A stretch of DNA of 64,000 nt from Ostrea edulis (taxonomy: Eukaryota): the NCBI RefSeq assembly GCF_947568905.1, contig NC_079172.1, forward strand, positions 64,294,001-64,358,000, read 5' to 3'. Of the stretch, positions 1 to 13,200 are shown in pieces. The translations under genes were made by a program, and so were the position numbers. Positions within the stretch are counted from its first letter, which is position 1. Each line of letters begins with the position of its first letter. Under the pieces are notes generated by a model. The model was not told where the DNA came from, did not search any database, and was given only the letters and a program-made list of their open reading frames with translations.

Positions 1-877
1 GTTTATGATAAGTGTATTTTAGAACATGTAAAATGATTAACACCATGTGTATTAGTATTATAAATATTGTAACATTTTAATTTTAATTCTGCACAGAGAT
101 GTGTCTAGAATGGCAGACCAAAGTACATGCACCTCTTTTGATTCTCCAGGTGATGGAAACAGGTAAAGATTATTTTCATTACTACTTTTTAAAAATTGCA
201 CATGCATTATATTGACAGTCGTCATTATCAATGACAGCTGAAATTTGATAGTGAACGAATCGATTGGAAATAACATTGTAAAAGCAATGATAGCAGATTA
301 TGTCAAGTGAATATTAAATTCCAATCTTACATCTAAACTTACAACTGCCCCTTTGTTTAACATGCAGACACTACATCATCATTTTTTGTGCACAATTTCC
401 ATCATGTCTGGATCTCTTTTGTAAACAATATATCACCGAGATAGTTTGAATGTCTTTATACATGTAATGTTACAGAGGTAGGGTTTTTATTAGACGTAGA
501 ATTATACCGAATTATTGTGATAGAACAATTTTCAATTTCTAATATGTCAGGGTCATTTGAATTATCTTTTGAATTTTGAATTCAGTGCACAATCCTATGT
601 TCACAGTAGATCTCAACAATGGCACACAGAGTGTAGAAATGTAAATGCATGTTACAAATGAAGGATTACTCAAGCCTGCTAGAGGTTCATGACGAGATAC
701 TTTTGACCTGGTGCCACGTATATAAGGGACGTTGACCGAGGCTCTAACTTGTTGGAGTAATGCAAGATATATATATCACTTTAGGTTGTTTTTTTTTTAT
801 CCAGGGTTTTCATTTTTTCATGTTGACATGATGAGGGGTGATTGATTATATAATATTATTATAACATAATGTTTTAG

Positions 878-2573
878 CTCTGACGGATCCAAACTTGAGC
901 AGGCTACTTATGAAGTGATCATGGATCCCAATAAAGATGTCACTTCTTATGATGCCCACAGATCAAAGAAACCGCGTCCAGCAGTCAAGAAACTCTCTTC
1001 CCCTCCTAAGTCCCGTAAAGGCATGACAGTTTGCATCGACCATGGATGGCAGAAAAGGGGGTTTGATAGTTTAATAGGTATATATCTGACAAAGTTTTGA
1101 TTTTTTAATTATCAAAAAATAATGAATGTTAGTCTAAGGGTTTATTGTCTGTGTACCTTGTGAAATGATTATGACATTACTTCAAGCTAATGTCAAGTTA
1201 TGCAGAATTTCTAAAAACATGTAGCACCACTAATTTAATTAAATCCCAAAATAATATCGATTTGTAAATAAATATGGTTTTTCTCCCAGGGCATACATTC
1301 ATGATGAGCAAAGAAAATAAGGTTTTGAAGGCAGTTGTAAGATAACCGCACTTGTGGAGTATGCAAATGGTGGAAGAGAAATAGATCAGGAGCAAAAGTT
1401 CGGGAACATCGTTGTGTGTGGAATCACAGAGGATCTGCCAGGGCCATGGAGAGTGAAGCAGGCCTGAAAGCCATCAAGGATATGATCCAAAAAGGTACGC
1501 CTGTAGATGTAATAGAGGGTGATGGTGATAATACTCTTGTGGCTCGTATACATAAGAGTCTTGGAGTGACTGTTAAGAAAACAATTGACAAGAATCATTG
1601 CATAAAAACATAGTCAAACTTCTCTATGATCTCCGCAATAGGAAGGATGTTAAAATCAGTAATATGGTAATTCAGCATCTCCATAAGTGCATAAAGTATG
1701 TATTCAGCAAAAACCAAGGTGATGTAAATGGGATGCGTGAGAACCTACAGACACTTATACCTCACCAGTGTGGAGATCACAACCATTGTCATGCTCACTT
1801 CTGTGGTTACAAGAAATATGCACACATAAGTTTGCCATACAAAGCACCACTTAGTGCCCCTTTACTACGTGAAAAACTTGATTTACTTTTTGAACCAATT
1901 ATTGCTAAGTCCGCCATGTATGTTGACCTTGGCTCCAGTCAAGCATGCGAGTATGCAAATCGTGCAGCAATGCTGAAGGCCCCTAAACATTTACATTATG
2001 GGGAGAGTGAAAGCCTAGATTTCCGCATTCATGCAACAACAGCCAGCATAAATATTGGAAGGAAATATCTCTCAGAGGTCTACTTAAGCATTGAAGTTTT
2101 AGTTCCAATGATGTTTCTGTTTTGGGTTTTGAGTTGTAAGTTCATTTCATTTGAGTTTCCTTACTCTTTTCAAATTATTACTAACTTTGTGGTGATTTTT
2201 ATTTTAACACATTTTATTATTCAAAAGTAAATTTTATAAATACATGTATATACAATGTAAATACACAAGGATTGTCTTTTAAAAATATTTTTAAAGCTAT
2301 ATCATGAATGTGATATTGTCTAATGACTAATTGGGGAAAAACTATTATGGAAATACATATCTTTATTTTAATGATTTCAGGTTTTCAGTAAAAATGGGCT
2401 TTCCCCTGGTCACTTCAACATGAAGTTCTCGAACAAAGTGGATGAATACAGGGTGAAACGAAGGAAGAAGATGAAATTGCCAGGGACAAAACGCAGACGT
2501 CTTATCCTAAAACAAGAAAGAGTAATGCAAATGAATGCATCCGAGGCATCTGAGGGGTCCATCTATCAATCAG
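878..2573 (+). pseudogene. Mutator/Phantom-like (PF20700-type) DDE transposase exons, with frameshifts
   Basis: Exons 878-1077, 1290-2077 and 2381-2573 (GT-AG, phases compatible) give the motifs DHGWQKRG, HRCVWNHRGSARAME, GDGD, DKNH, HQCGDH-C--FC and GSSQACE. Frameshifts near 1341 and 1610. The 5' part lies outside the window; a possible small exon is at 97-162. Confidence 0.7.
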
Positions 2574-2606
2574 GTTCACTATTCACTATTTTTCCGCTGT
2601 AAAATG

Positions 2607-2625
2607 ATTTTCGTTTACCTGAGCG

Positions 2626-2668
<43 letters not shown>

Positions 2669-3056
2669 TGGTGTCGTCGGCATAAACTTTTCACATTTTC
2701 ATCTTTTCCAGAACCACTGGGCCAATATCAACCAAACTTAGCACAAATCATCCTTGTGGAAGGGCTTTCAAGTTTGTTCAAATGAAGGGCCATGCCCCCC
2801 TTCGAAGGGGAAATAATAAAAAATAGGAACAGTCATTTAAAAATCATCTTCTCAAGAACCACTGGGCCAAAGAAGTTTACATTTACATGAAAGCTTCCTG
2901 ACATAGTGCAGATTCAAATTTGTAAAAATCATGCCCCCCTACCGGGGGGGGGGGGGTATGTTGGGGCCACAATAGGCACCAAAGTATTACATGAATACAC
3001 TGGAAAATATTTAGATAGGGGCTCAGATGAGCAATGTGGCCCATGGGCCTCTTGTT
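2607..3056 (+). mobile_element. Non-autonomous Helentron-type element (HINE-like) in an intron
   Basis: 5' hairpin acctgagc-ggaag-gctcaagt; 3' end gctcagatgagc...ggcccatgggcctcttgtt. The same 3' end recurs at about 29934, 36460, 40555 and 55320. Confidence 0.6.
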
Positions 3057-3158
3057 TTCTGCATTAACCTCCTGGAGGTAATTAGTTTATATCTTAGATA
3101 GAAATCAGGACAAATAATCATTACATAATAACTAAATACACAATATTTGTATTTATAG

Positions 3159-4335
3159 AGATTGGTTTAAGTACAGAGGCTGACATTGAACAGATTCCGG
3201 ATCCCATTCCCAAGTCAAATTTTGGTGCTGTCCAAAAGCTGAAGAACATGGAGGCAAAGTACATTATATTTGATCTTGAAACTACAGGCCTTAGTAAATT
3301 CTCTGATAATTTTCCCTTTTTTCAGACAAAATATGATTGCGGATATTACAGATACTAAAATGATTATCTATATACCCGGTATTTGTACTTTTGCTTTCTA
3401 AATCATGATCACAAATCAAAATAAATGTGTTTTTCTTTTTAAAAGTCAGACAAGGAGCTATGCCTCACATAACTCAAATTGGCGCAGTCGCGATAGAGTC
3501 TGGAAATGTGTTTTCAACTTATGTTCTGCCAAAGATTCCAATAGAGCCCGGAGCAGAAGAAACAACAGGAATAGTCTGTGATGGGACCTCTGTATTTGCA
3601 CATGGATCCAAAGTTACCGCAGTCCCCATACGTGAAGCGATATTGAACTTCCTCAAGTGGCTAGGTACATTTGGCAAATATGGAATTATACTGGTTGCTC
3701 ACAATGGCCGTGTGTTCGATTTCCGTGTCCTTTCCCATGCCATTGACTGTATTGGATTACAGGAAGACTTTCTAGAAATAGTGTCTGGTTTTACTGACTC
3801 GTTGTCTTTGATTCGTTCAAAACATAAGAAACTTGAAAAGTATTCACAGATTTTTTTAGCTAAGCACTTCTGTAATGAGACTTTTTCTGCACATGATGCA
3901 GTGGAAGATGTGAAAATGCTCTCAAAAAGTTTTTCAGTTGTTGTTTCACAAAGTGAATTGTCAAAAGCTGCATATGATGCAGAAACCCCTTTTCTTCAAG
4001 ATAAGTTTAATTCCGCAAAAACATTATATCTACCATCATTGAATATTCTGGTTGGTAATGGTGTTATGAAAATGAACATGGCAGAGAATGTTGCAGGCTC
4101 CGGACTTGGCCTGCATCATCTGAAACTAATACATAAGCGTTCTGGTGAAGATGGTCTGCGCAATATTTTTTGTGCCCAAACCTCTCGTAGTAAACCACGA
4201 GTTACGAGTGACTGTAAGGTTTTGGATTATGTAGTACCTAAATTATGTCAGGTTTTTTTTCACGATAGAAATGTTGTCTTCTATTACTTAGAAGTTACTT
4301 TATACAAACTTGTACAGTGCAATGATGTGTCTTAG
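3159..4335 (+). CDS. DEDDh 3'-5' exonuclease domain with PML C-terminus-like extension; last two exons of the transposase gene
   Basis: Exon 3159-3293 (IFDLETTGL, ExoI) splices in phase 1 to exon 3446-4335 (AHNGRVFDF ExoII, AHDAVEDV ExoIII). No stops or frameshifts. Confidence 0.8.
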
Positions 4336-4683
4336 ACTCGGAGCACGTTTATGTTAAGTTTGTGAGTAAAATGTCCAGAGTTTACACATCGATAAATTCT
4401 TCAAAAAGAATGTTTGATTCTTATAATTCCAATTTATTCACTTTATTAACAATTGCAAAAATTTGAATAGTTTCCCCGCACTATGTTATTTGTTTTCAGG
4501 TGTGTATGAATACATTGCGTTTTCAGATTTATTGATGTGAAAACTCTTGTTCAGCTTTATTTTTGTCCAATCAAAACAATTGTAATAAATAACATTGGAA
4601 TTATTTTAAAGTATGTTTTATATGATTAGATGCCTAAATTGTGCCATTTTTTTATCTGTTCAAAGCATGCTGCTGACCAAGAA

Positions 4684-4975
4684 TTTTTAGTTCACCTTAG
4701 TCACTCTCAGATGAACTAGTGTTGTTGGTCTTTGTTCGCCGCCATGTGTTGTCGGCTAACATTTTTACATTTTTCATTTCCTCTTGTAAACATATACTAG
4801 GCTAATGTTGCCAATAGGGCTGTAGAGTGAAAATGTATTATATTTGATAATTTTATTATTATATTGAATCAAATTAGAAAATCTTTATTTTCAGACAAGT
4901 GTGTGGATAAAATAATCGCATGGTCTATGTATGGGGTATGGTACTCAAGTGATCGTTAAGGCCTGTGATTTGTTT
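4684..4975 (+). mobile_element. Degenerate HINE-like element
   Basis: Begins ttttagttcacc and ends gtgatcgttaaggcctgtg...ttgtt, like the other copies in the window. Confidence 0.4.
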
Positions 4976-5429
4976 ATTACATGTGCATGTAACCAAATTG
5001 TCATAAATACTGGTATTCATTTTGTGCATATATGTACATGTGTATCCTGAACCAGAAAATCATGAAATTAATCATACAATACAATTGACACATCTCGACT
5101 TTTCTTCTTTTTAAAAATGTGTGTGAGGGGTCGTGTGTGTCTGTAAGGGGGGTGGAGGGGTGGGGGGTAAATTTTTCTAATTGACTTTTAGAAATGAATG
5201 CAATAAATGAAACAACATTCATATTATGCCTGAAATATTTTGCCTATCATTCTAGTCCAATATATTTTTCCAAATATTAATTTCAAGCTGACTTTTTGCT
5301 CATCTTCAAAGAATAAATGCGTTTTTCCATGTTATTTTCAAATGGCTAGAGTTACCTTCCTTTAGTGTTTTGGCGGGGGAAATGCTATTTTTAGAAACTA
5401 CACACCCATACCTATCCAATGATGATATG

Positions 5430-8256
5430 AAATATATACCTTACCAGGCATAATCTTTTCGTCAATTGTACATCAGATACCTTAACCAGGTTAGAACAGG
5501 TATTTCAGCGCCTTAGACAAATCAATTTGAAGTTTTCTCCCAAAAAGTGTGAGTTTGGTAAAAAGAAAGTCAAATATGTTGGGCATGTTGTATCCGAAAA
5601 TGGTATCGAACCTGATCCTGAAAAAATTCAGAAAGTATTGAGTTGGCCTACTCCAGTAAATCCAGATCAGGTTCGTCGATTTTTAGGTTTCGCCGGATAC
5701 TACCGTAAATTCATTAAAGATTTTTCAAAAGTAGCAAGGCCATTGACAAATTTAGTTCCAGATTCGTCAAAGAAAACAAAAAGGGGTGCGAAATCAGCAA
5801 CAGTTCCATCACCAAACTAGCATTGGGACGTGGAGCAAGAAAGTTCATTCAATAAACTCAAAGATTGTCTTACTCATTTTACTATTTTAGGTTTTCCTAT
5901 TTATGGTCAACCATTTGAAATCCATATAGATGCATCACAGAAAGGATTAGGTGCTATTCTTTACCAACTTCAAGATAACCAGAAACGCGTTATTGCTTAT
6001 GCAAGTAGAGGTTTGTCTAAATCTGAGAAAAATTATCCGATACATAAACTTGAATTCCTTGCACTTAAGTGGTCAATTACTGAGAAATTTTCTGATTATG
6101 TGTATGGTACAACTTTTGATGTCATTACAGACATCAATCCTTTGACATATGTATTATCTTCTGCAAAATTAGATGCCACTTGTCAGAGATGGGTAGCTTC
6201 ATTAGCCACATATGACTTCAATATTTATTACCGCCCAGGTGAATGTAATTCAGATGCTGATGGTATGTCACGGATACCTGAATTATCAGACGTTTGTGAT
6301 AGAGAATAAATATCTGTAGAATCAATCAAAAGTATTTGTAATGTTCATGTACATATTCCTTTTGTTGCATATCTGTCAATTTCTCCAAATGTTACAGATA
6401 ACTTATTTCAGTCAGAATTTTCAGATATTTCAGAATTCAACATTAGAAAAGAACAATGCAGAGACAGGGACATTCGCTTTTGGATTTCGCAAGTCAGAGC
6501 AGGAATTCTCCCTAAGAAAGAAAATCTTCCCAGCAATAACCTTCCTTTTCATTTAGCCATGTTGAGGAATTTTAAAAAGTTTTACATCAGAAATGGTATT
6601 CTTTTCAGAGAAACACAGAATGGAGATTCTAACATTAAGAAACAACAAGTAGTATTGCCTTATTCTTGCAGGAAAACAGTTTTGAAATACTTGCACACAC
6701 ATATGGGACATCCTGGAAGAGAGAAAACAACAAGCATTGTGCAAGATAGATTTTTTTGGTTCTGAATGACCAAAGATATTGAACATTTCATCAAGACATG
6801 CTCTAGGTGTGTTCTTCGAAAAGCACAGACTGAAAAAGCTCCTCTTGTTAGCATTACCACATCACAACCATCAGAACTCCTTTGCATTGATTTTTTGACT
6901 TTAGAATCCTCAAAAGATGGTTTTCAAAATATTATTGTAGTTACAGATCACTTTACTAAATATGCGCAGGCATTTCCAACTAAAAATCAGACAGCAAAAA
7001 CTACAGCCGATGTTTTAGTTTACAAGTTTATTGTGCATTATGATATTCCACAGAAAATACACAGCGATCAAGGGGCACAATTTGAAGGAAAGCTAATAGA
7101 GGAACTTTGCAACATCATGAACATTAAGAAATCCAGAACCACACCATACCATCCAATGGGTAATGGACTCTGTGAAAGATTTAACAGAACTTTGTTGCAG
7201 ATGTTAGGTACTTTGAATATTGAGCAAAAAGCAGATTGGAAGTCTCATATTGCTCCACTGGTCCATGCCTACAACTCTTTAAAACAGGAATCTACACAGC
7301 ATTCTCCTTTCTTTCTGATGTTTGGCAGGCAACCCAGATTACCAGTAGATATCGCTTTCAACATCCCAGGATCATCTTCAGAAACTTCCATCCCAAAGTA
7401 TGTTGAAACTTTGAAAACCAATTTAACCCGTGCTTATGAATTGGCAACTGAAGCAAACAGAAAGGCACAAGAAAGACAAAAACATAATTATGATTTAAAA
7501 ATTAGATCAGCAGTTCTTCAACTTGGAGACAGAGTTTTAGTCAAAATCACTGCTTTTGATGGTAAGCACAAAATTTCTGATCAATGGGAATCAACACCAT
7601 ACATTGTCATAGGTCAGCCTAATTCATCAATTCCTGTGTACACAGTTAGAGAGGAAGGATCAGACAGAAGGAGGACAGTTCATCGCAACCTGTTATTGCC
7701 CATTGGACATCTGGATTTTAATCCAACTATATTTGCAGAGAGACCTACACCTATACCAAGGAAAAGACTACAAAGAAGAGCAAAGAAAACAGGAAACCAA
7801 GAGATTGCTTCTACCGAGAACTCAGACAGTGACAGTAGTGATGAGGAAGTCATAGTCAGGACCGGTCCGCTGAATTCAGCCACTACGCTGAATGAAGAAG
7901 GAAGTGACATTCCTTCCGATATTGATACCATCCAGACTGACGACGGTCAGACTCCAGCTGGCTGGACAGCATCAATAGTGGATGACACTGATGTGAGGGA
8001 GGACGCTCCCACTCTTGATGATAAGAGCCACATATCAGATTCAGATGAAGCTAGAGAGTCCGAAGGTTACTCTCCCCAAGTCAGCTCAAAGGATACAGAG
8101 GAAGAGTTAGTCACTGCAGAAGATATTGCTTTTACAGAAGATTCTGAACAAGCTGGTCCAGTTGAATCTCCAGGTGCTATAGCAGGAGCTAGACCTGTTC
8201 GAAAGAAGACCAAACCAGACTGGATGCGAACTGGGGAATTTTCCATGGCATTGTAG
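5430..8256 (+). pseudogene. pol: Ty3/Gypsy pol remnant (RT C-terminus, RNase H, integrase), 5'-truncated
   Basis: LKFSPKKC, FLGFAGYYRKFI, DAS..GLGA, HKLEFLAL, integrase HxxxGH/CxxC, IDF, HSDQG and GNGLCERFN. Premature stops at about 5820, 6309 and 6763 plus frameshifts. Confidence 0.92.
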
Positions 8257-8456
8257 GAATCTAAACAACCAGATTGGGTGTTAACATGCAATTATCTTAA
8301 ATCTCTTGTTTCAAGTAATCACTTATCCGGTTTAAATGAGAAGCAGTTGTCGTCAGCATTTGTTGCGATACTGCTGCAGAAGTAAGTTTTGACTGTTGAA
8401 TTTTCATTTCTTTTAATTTTCTTGCTTCAAAATGAGATGACGAGGAAGTCATTTTT

Positions 8457-8900
8457 AAGAAGGGGAAGTATGTGATAGTGTTATTTGATGTTGATTTTAT
8501 TTGATTTTAATTTCTTTCAGATGTCATTGAAAGTAATGAAATAACTTTCAATAATATATAACTATTTACAAAAAACAATTAAGTCCGCTTAAAATTATAA
8601 TTAAGCAGTCAGATAAACATATTAAACAAAGTCATATTTAAGCACAGCCTAGCAAATATAAACTTTAACCTTAAACTCTTAACCTTTGATTAATTAAATA
8701 TTCCAAAAAGCCCATTGGTTAGTTTTTTTTCCCGCCAAGGCCTTTAACCCCGTTGTCTATGAGTAGAGTTCCACATTTGGTTAGACTGTATAGGTAGTGG
8801 TAGAAGGATATTTCTTGCAGGATTTGGAATCACTGACAGTAAGTTGAATTTGACATTTCATACTTTTAACATTTCAGATATAACTAATACAATATTAATC
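8457..8900 (+). repeat. Polypurine tract and probable 3' LTR of the Gypsy remnant
   Basis: aagaaggggaagta (8457-8470) is followed directly by TGTG at 8471. The right boundary cannot be fixed because there is no second LTR. Confidence 0.4.
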
Positions 8901-8929
8901 TATGATTAATAGTGTGAAAAGAGATGTCT

Positions 8930-9266
8930 AGGGGACGGCCTTGTAGGGGTCCAGGGGGCAAAGCCCCCGGAAGCTCCTGGATTTTACAGATTTTATAGGA
9001 CTTGAAATATGTCATTTTTAATAAAGTGAAATTAGTAAAATGACGCAAATTTTAAGGGTTTCTGGAAAAATTAAGTTCTCTCAATAAAGTAATTCAAGAA
9101 ATCAAAAGATTTTGTCATTTATTTCTACGGGAATGGAAGTAATTATTGCTTCTTTTATCTTTTAATACATTTTTCTAAACAAGATACCAAGATTTACCTT
9201 AAATTTGAAAAACAAAATTAGGTGGGGGGGGGGCACCGACTGTGCCCCCTCTTAAATCCGCCACTG
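8930..9266. mobile_element. Fragment of a non-autonomous DNA element (end ccccctcttaaatccgccactg)
   Basis: MITE-like terminus only; no matching opposite end found. Confidence 0.35.
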
Positions 9267-9779
9267 ACTTCCCCCTTTGCACTGGACTCACTAGGGATCT
9301 TAAGACAGTCCCCAGACATCCAGCAGTTTACTGCATCCTTTTGTTCATAATTATCTAGATCAGCCAGTGGTGAAATAGGAGACTAATTTGAATATACTGA
9401 TCACATTAGACGCATAAAATCGATCAATTAATTGGGGGGGGGGTTACGCCATTACACTTAGCAAATACTGTACATTCATGCGAAACGTGGCTCCTGAACT
9501 TTACCTCTTCAATATCTCGCGCATTACCAAATTCGATAAACGATAACTTAAGATTAATCCATTGAATAGTTGTAACAAACCAAACTCGATGTTAACAGTT
9601 GGTGGGGGCCAAAGGGCCGAATTAAGTCCCCCGAATCTACTGAATTATGACTAAATAAAAATGTGCATGCTTTTCTGGACAGTTTTAGTTGGGTTTTTTT
9701 AATTATCAAAGGGGATTCGCCATTACTAGAGCTAGCTACGTATTTTCAAAAATAACTAGTCCTGCATGGACCTGATCGC

Positions 9780-10110
9780 GGAAGCTCAGTAATATATCGC
9801 TTGGTTTGTGGGCGAGAGGTTGTGAGTTTGAGAATCGTTACTGTTATTGTCGCATCAAACCTAAGACATAAACAAAGGCAGTGATTGCTCCTTTGCCAAA
9901 CACTCGGCATTTAAAAGTGAGAATCACGGGTCTTTCCGTAATGACCTTAAGATATAAGATATAAGGCAGATATTCCCTATCGCTGCACAGGCGTTGGCAC
10001 GATAAAGAACCGTCATTGGTACGGCCCAGCAGTGCGCTAAGCACGTCGAGAGATGTGGTACATCATTGACGTTAACTAATGAAACCCTTCGTAACAAATC
10101 AAAATAAACA
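9780..10110 (+). mobile_element. tRNA-derived SINE, probably with a Meta-type central domain
   Basis: Degenerate A/B-box-like head (agctcagt...gaggttgtgagtttgagaatc), core aaacctaagac...gtgattgctcctttgccaa...gtgagaatcacgggtc, and an aacaaatcaaaataaac tail. Family call is from recall of bivalve SINEs. Confidence 0.6.
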
Positions 10111-10118
10111 TCCCCTGG

Positions 10119-10275
10119 ATACAATACAAATGAAAAATTATACAATGGAAAATATAGAATACAAATGGAAAATTATACAATAAAATGGAAAATATGGAAT
10201 ACAAATGGAAAATTATACAATACAAATGGAAATAATACAATGCAAATGGAAAATTATACAATACAAATGGAAAAG
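10119..10275. repeat. Minisatellite, about 21-bp unit (aatacaaatggaaaattatac), about 7 copies
   Basis: Tandem copies directly visible at the LINE 3' end. Confidence 0.9.
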
Positions 10276-13200
10276 ATCAAATATTGCAACGTTTAACATG
10301 CCATAGATAATATACAATACATGTCTAGGTTCATATAAGTACATAATCAGGCATAAAATGCAAAATATATTTTAAAATTATGATATATAGGTCCGATTAA
10401 ATATGTTAGAGTTCTTAATAAACTTTTGAACTGCTTTGAAAATATTAAAATTTACATCATTTGAAAAATATTCATTTCCCCATAATAAAAGATGGATATC
10501 GACAATAGCAATATCATTTAGCTGAAGCAGTTCATTGAAGAAACAATTTCTTGCTTGAGTGTATCTTTTGCATGCAAAGAAGAAATGATGGGCATCTTCA
10601 ATATGACCACATATACAATTTGGAGAGGCAATGATGTTTTTAAGATAAAGATCATTATTTAAAATGCAAGAATGCCTTAATTTGGTATGGATACTATTAA
10701 CATATCGCTGGCCATATGAATAGTATAAAGGTTGTTTTGGGGGTGTTGTTTTAATGTGCTTTTTAAATTTATCAATTGAAGTTATCTCCTTTATTTCTGT
10801 ACTCTGCAAATTCCATTTTCTAACTGTGTCGGGAATAAATGACTTTTTATATAATTCAAGTCTGCATCTAGAAAGTGTGTATTCGCTAGAATTACGGGTA
10901 TCATATGATAATAAATTTCTGCGAATATTTGGGCAAATTTCTTTCAGATATTGGAGAACTAAATTGTTATGGATTTTAAACATATTTGTTAATTTAGCTG
11001 TGTGTCTTCTATTAGAGAGGGGTTCTCACCCAGTTTCAAAATAAAGTGAATCTAGTGAAGCAAAAATTGGGAGACCAGATACTATCCTGGCAGCCAATAA
11101 TTGAATTCTGTCTAACTGGTGTGAATCAAAACCCGCACATCCATCCCAGACTACAGAGGCATATTCTAGTACAGGTCTAATAAAAGTTGTATACATTGTT
11201 GATAAGGTGTTTCTTCCTACAGTAAATTCTAACTTTTTTAGCAACCCAAGTTTTTATACGCATTATTAACAATGTTTTCAATATATACAGACCAGCTTAA
11301 ATCATTAGAATAGGTAAGACCAAGGTGTTTGTGAACAGTAACATATTCAAGCTGACATTGTTGAAACACTAGTTTCGGGGGGTCTACGGATTTGTTCATG
11401 GTAAAAAAAACATTGCTTTCGTTTTGTTAGGGTTAAATTGAAGAAGCCATTTTTAGACCACTTGTCTAAGATTTTTAAGTCATGATTAACGTGTCGTTCA
11501 ATTACAGCAACATTATACGACGAAAATTGAATAGAATTGTCATCTGCAAATAATCTACACATTGGCAGCATACTGTCTGAAACATCATTAACATAAATAA
11601 AAAAAAGCAGAGGTCCCAAGACTGAACCTTGGGGAACACCAGCATGTATACTTCTTGTTGAAGAAAAAAGATTTCTATACATCACCATTTGTTCTATATT
11701 ACTTAAATAACTTGTAAACCATTGAAGTATATTACCATGTAAACCATATGTTTGAAGTTTGAAAAGAAGTCCTTTATGCCAGACTCTGTCAAAGGCTTTA
11801 GATAGGTCACACAAAACCATACAACATAATTTTCCCTCATCAATACTTTTAACAATGCTATGATAAGTTTCAATTAATTGGTATAAGGTGGAATGACCAG
11901 GTACAAAACCTGTTTGTTACTTATAGAATAAATGATTTTTATGAAAATAATTATAAACATGCTTAAAGATAATCCTTTCCATAATTTTGCTGACACAGCT
12001 TAAAAGTGAGACTGGTCTATAATTGGATGCTATAGATGGATCATCTTTTTGAAACAAAGGTAATACATGAGCCAGTTTCCAAGGATTTGGAAAACATTTA
12101 TCAGAAAGAGATCTGTTGAATAATATACATAGTGGTTTAGATACAGATTTTGCTGTATGTTTCAGCATTTTATGGCTAATACAATCAGGACCTATTGCTT
12201 TATTTACTGGAATATTACAGAGAACATCTAAAATATCTTGTTCATTGATAATAATATCACCAAGAGTATCGTTACACAACAAGTACTTATCAGGTAATTT
12301 TACACCCGTATCATCGATATTTGAAATAGAGAAAAAATACTCGTTGAGTGCATTGATTTTTTCTAAATCACTAAAAATAAACTTGTTCTCATTGTCCTCG
12401 GATATACATTGGATAGGTGGAATTTCAGTTGACGGTTTTTTATGAAATGCTTCTTTCAAAAGTTTCCAGTATAGTTTATTATTATTTTTATTTGCATCAT
12501 TAATTTGTGTATCTACATTATCATAATAATTTAATAATGCATGTTTTTTCATGTTGTTAACTTTGTTTCTTGATTTACGATATCTAGCCCAGTCTGAATT
12601 ACTATTAGAACGTAATGCTTTATTACGTAATCTGTTTCTAATTCTAATGTGTTTTCTTAACGTCGAATCAAATCAGGGTTTGTCTTTAGGATGAATAGTA
12701 ATTGTTTTCTCCGGTATGCACTCCCTAATTAAACTAAGATATTGATTTGTAAAAAATTGAGTAGCTGTATCAACCGAGTCAACATTGTTTAAAAGTTCTT
12801 CCCAGGTATACGAGCTGATCAGTGAATTAAGCTTTTCAAAATCTGCATCTTTGTATTGCCAAACTTTGCGTGTATACACATGATTGATACTATAATTTAA
12901 TGGAAGCGATATATACGTAGCTCTATGGTCACTAAGACGGGAAGGTATGTTCAAAGTACTTGACTCGGCTACAATACGCCAGTTTCGAGATACGAACTTT
13001 TCTGTATAGAAGGTACATTTAGTGGAACTTTGAATGCCTAAGTGGGACAGAGTGGATATACAGCCAACGAGGAAGACGATGAAATGTATTAAAAGCGGCT
13101 TCTCTTTAAATATGTAAATGTGGGAAATAATAAATACTATCGAAAGAAATGTTTCACCGAAGTGGAAAGTTACAAACAATGTCATATTTGCAAGAAATAT

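Noticed and set aside
9780-9845. tRNA gene
   Set aside because: The A/B boxes are degenerate, no cloverleaf can be drawn, and it continues into a SINE body.
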